From positions 90,401 through 154,400 of the forward strand of contig NW_005434541.1 of the NCBI RefSeq assembly GCF_000315625.1: a stretch of DNA of 64,000 bases, in the 5' to 3' direction. How positions within the stretch are numbered: position 1 is the first letter of the stretch; each line of letters starts with the position of its first letter. Positions 62,607 to 64,000 of the stretch are shown piece by piece. A program made the position numbers and the translations under genes. The notes below the pieces were generated by a model. That model was not told the DNA's origin. It saw nothing but the letters and a program-made list of their open reading frames with translations, and made no database searches. The DNA is from Guillardia theta CCMP2712. Taxonomy: Eukaryota; Protista; Cryptophyta.

Positions 62607-62706
62607 TCAACCTGGTTTTGGCAAATTAATCTGTAAGCTAAAAGAACTTTTTTTTTTTGCAATGACAGTTTGTTCGACATCAGCGTCATATCAGCGACTT
62701 GCAGGA

Positions 62707-63050
62707 GAGACTTGCTGTCGCTTCTGATATGAGACTTGCTGTCTCTCCTGATATGAGACTTGCTGTCTCTCCTGATATGAGACTTGCTGTCTCTCCTGAT
62801 ATGAGACTTGCTGTCTCTCCTGATATGAGGACTTGCTGTCCCTCCTGATATGAGACTTGCTGTCTCTCCTGATATGAGACTTGCTGTCCCTCCTGATATG
62901 AGACTTGCTGTCTCTCCAGATATGAGACTTGCTGTCTCTCCTGATATGAGACTTGCTGTCCCTCCTGATATGAGACTTGCTGTCTCTCCTGATATGAGGC
63001 TTGCTGTCCCTCCTGATATGAGACTTGCTGTCTCTCCTGATATGAGACTT
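62707..63050 (+). repeat. 24-nt hairpin-containing minisatellite, 14 copies (GAGACTTGCTGTCTCTCCTGATAT)
   Basis: 14 contiguous copies counted; a T/C variant occurs in units 6, 8, 11 and 13. Confidence 0.97.
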
Positions 63051-63399
63051 TTAGAATCTCGTCGTCATGAGATCATACATTGACATTTTGACATGACAAG
63101 AACTCTGCGTCTCATGCTCGCCGCCAAGATGGTCAAGTCAGAAGCATGTCAACCTGTCTCAACAGGCTCGACTTCGATGCTGCTGTCCAACGCTACTGTA
63201 TCAAGCCTCATTATTAAAAGTGACACCCTATCAGCAGTATCAGAAGTTTAGTTCATTAGAATGCTTAGTGGGCTTACAAGGTTGGTTAGAGCACCTAGTC
63301 TAACAGAGATCTCACTACTCGGCAGTGCCACCCGACTTGACTGTCCCACGTGGAAGCCTTGCTTCCCTCTCCGCCCTCTCCTCAGGTCTCAAAATTTAT

Positions 63400-63950
63400 A
63401 AGCGACGCCTTCAGGTACGTCAACTTCTGAAACTTCATGTCAGATCATTCCTGTTTTTTTCATCCTTTCCGTGCAAGTTCTGCTCTTTAACCATTCACCA
63501 CAAGCACTCTCGCCCGGCTCGTTTCTGGATCACTTGTCTCTATTCATCTGCGGGAGTAGTTTTATGCTACATCTACTACGAATGCCCCTCGTGGTCAAGG
63601 CGAGAGTAAACTCTCAGCGTGGAACCAGACTTCTTGTGCCGCATCATGGTGTTCACAAACTTGTCCTTGGCCTTTTCTTGGACTTTGTCTGTCTCTTCTT
63701 TGTCCGCGCCATCAGTCAAAACAAGGTCCACGGCACTGTTGAGAATCCCCCCGTCCATGAAGGAGTTCAAAGACAGCTTCCTCTCCAAAGTCGCAGATTT
63801 GAGCACCCGACCCACATCACTACTCCTCTTCTTTCGCGGCTTCGCTTTGGGTTCTTTGCCCTGGTCAAACAACGAAGTGAGGCACGCAAGGAGACAAGTG
63901 TCAGAGGCACTTACGTCGTCCAACGGAGATCGCTGCGGTTGTTCCTGAGA
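63400..63950 (-). CDS. Hypothetical protein, partial
   Basis: Open exon 63576-63923 (KEPKAKPRKKRSSDVGRVLKSATLERKLSLNSF..); no domain recognised. Confidence 0.4.
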
Positions 63951-64000
63951 GGGAGCTGATAGACGACAATGAGTAAGAGGTTGAAGTAAGTTACTTCTGC

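Noticed and set aside
62707-63050. Palindromic 24-nt repeat as CRISPR or as the MRLAVSPD-repeat protein
   Set aside because: No spacers, and a 1-nt insertion in unit 6 shifts the frame, so it is a minisatellite.

Overview
Gene-dense eukaryotic nuclear DNA with short (about 45-60 nt) GT-AG introns, microsatellite-filled introns and four N-gaps. The style (tandem RWP-RK genes, bipartite targeting leaders) suggests a cryptophyte such as Guillardia theta; this is inference only. From left to right: an RCC1-repeat fragment; an ABI-like proline-rich protein; three adjacent nucleotide-metabolism genes (deoxynucleoside kinase with a targeting leader, amidophosphoribosyltransferase, and a head-to-head CAD); an EF-hand/WD40/C2 protein; a Tom22-like gene; a RING protein; a GT61; three RWP-RK genes; DDM1/HELLS; an LRR protein; a signal-peptide-bearing TPR-GT41; a divergent pair of 72-aa microprotein paralogs; an NPPY N6-adenine methyltransferase-like gene; TM9SF; and an HDA8/HDAH-like deacetylase. 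The most notable observations are: (1) the CAD dihydroorotase domain has lost its catalytic and metal residues but keeps its substrate-binding residues, (2) the purine/pyrimidine/salvage gene cluster, (3) the microprotein pair, which the ORF track shows only as fragments, and (4) recurrent intergenic CCGG islands with GGGTA-rich promoter flanks. All exon boundaries were deduced by eye and need transcript confirmation.
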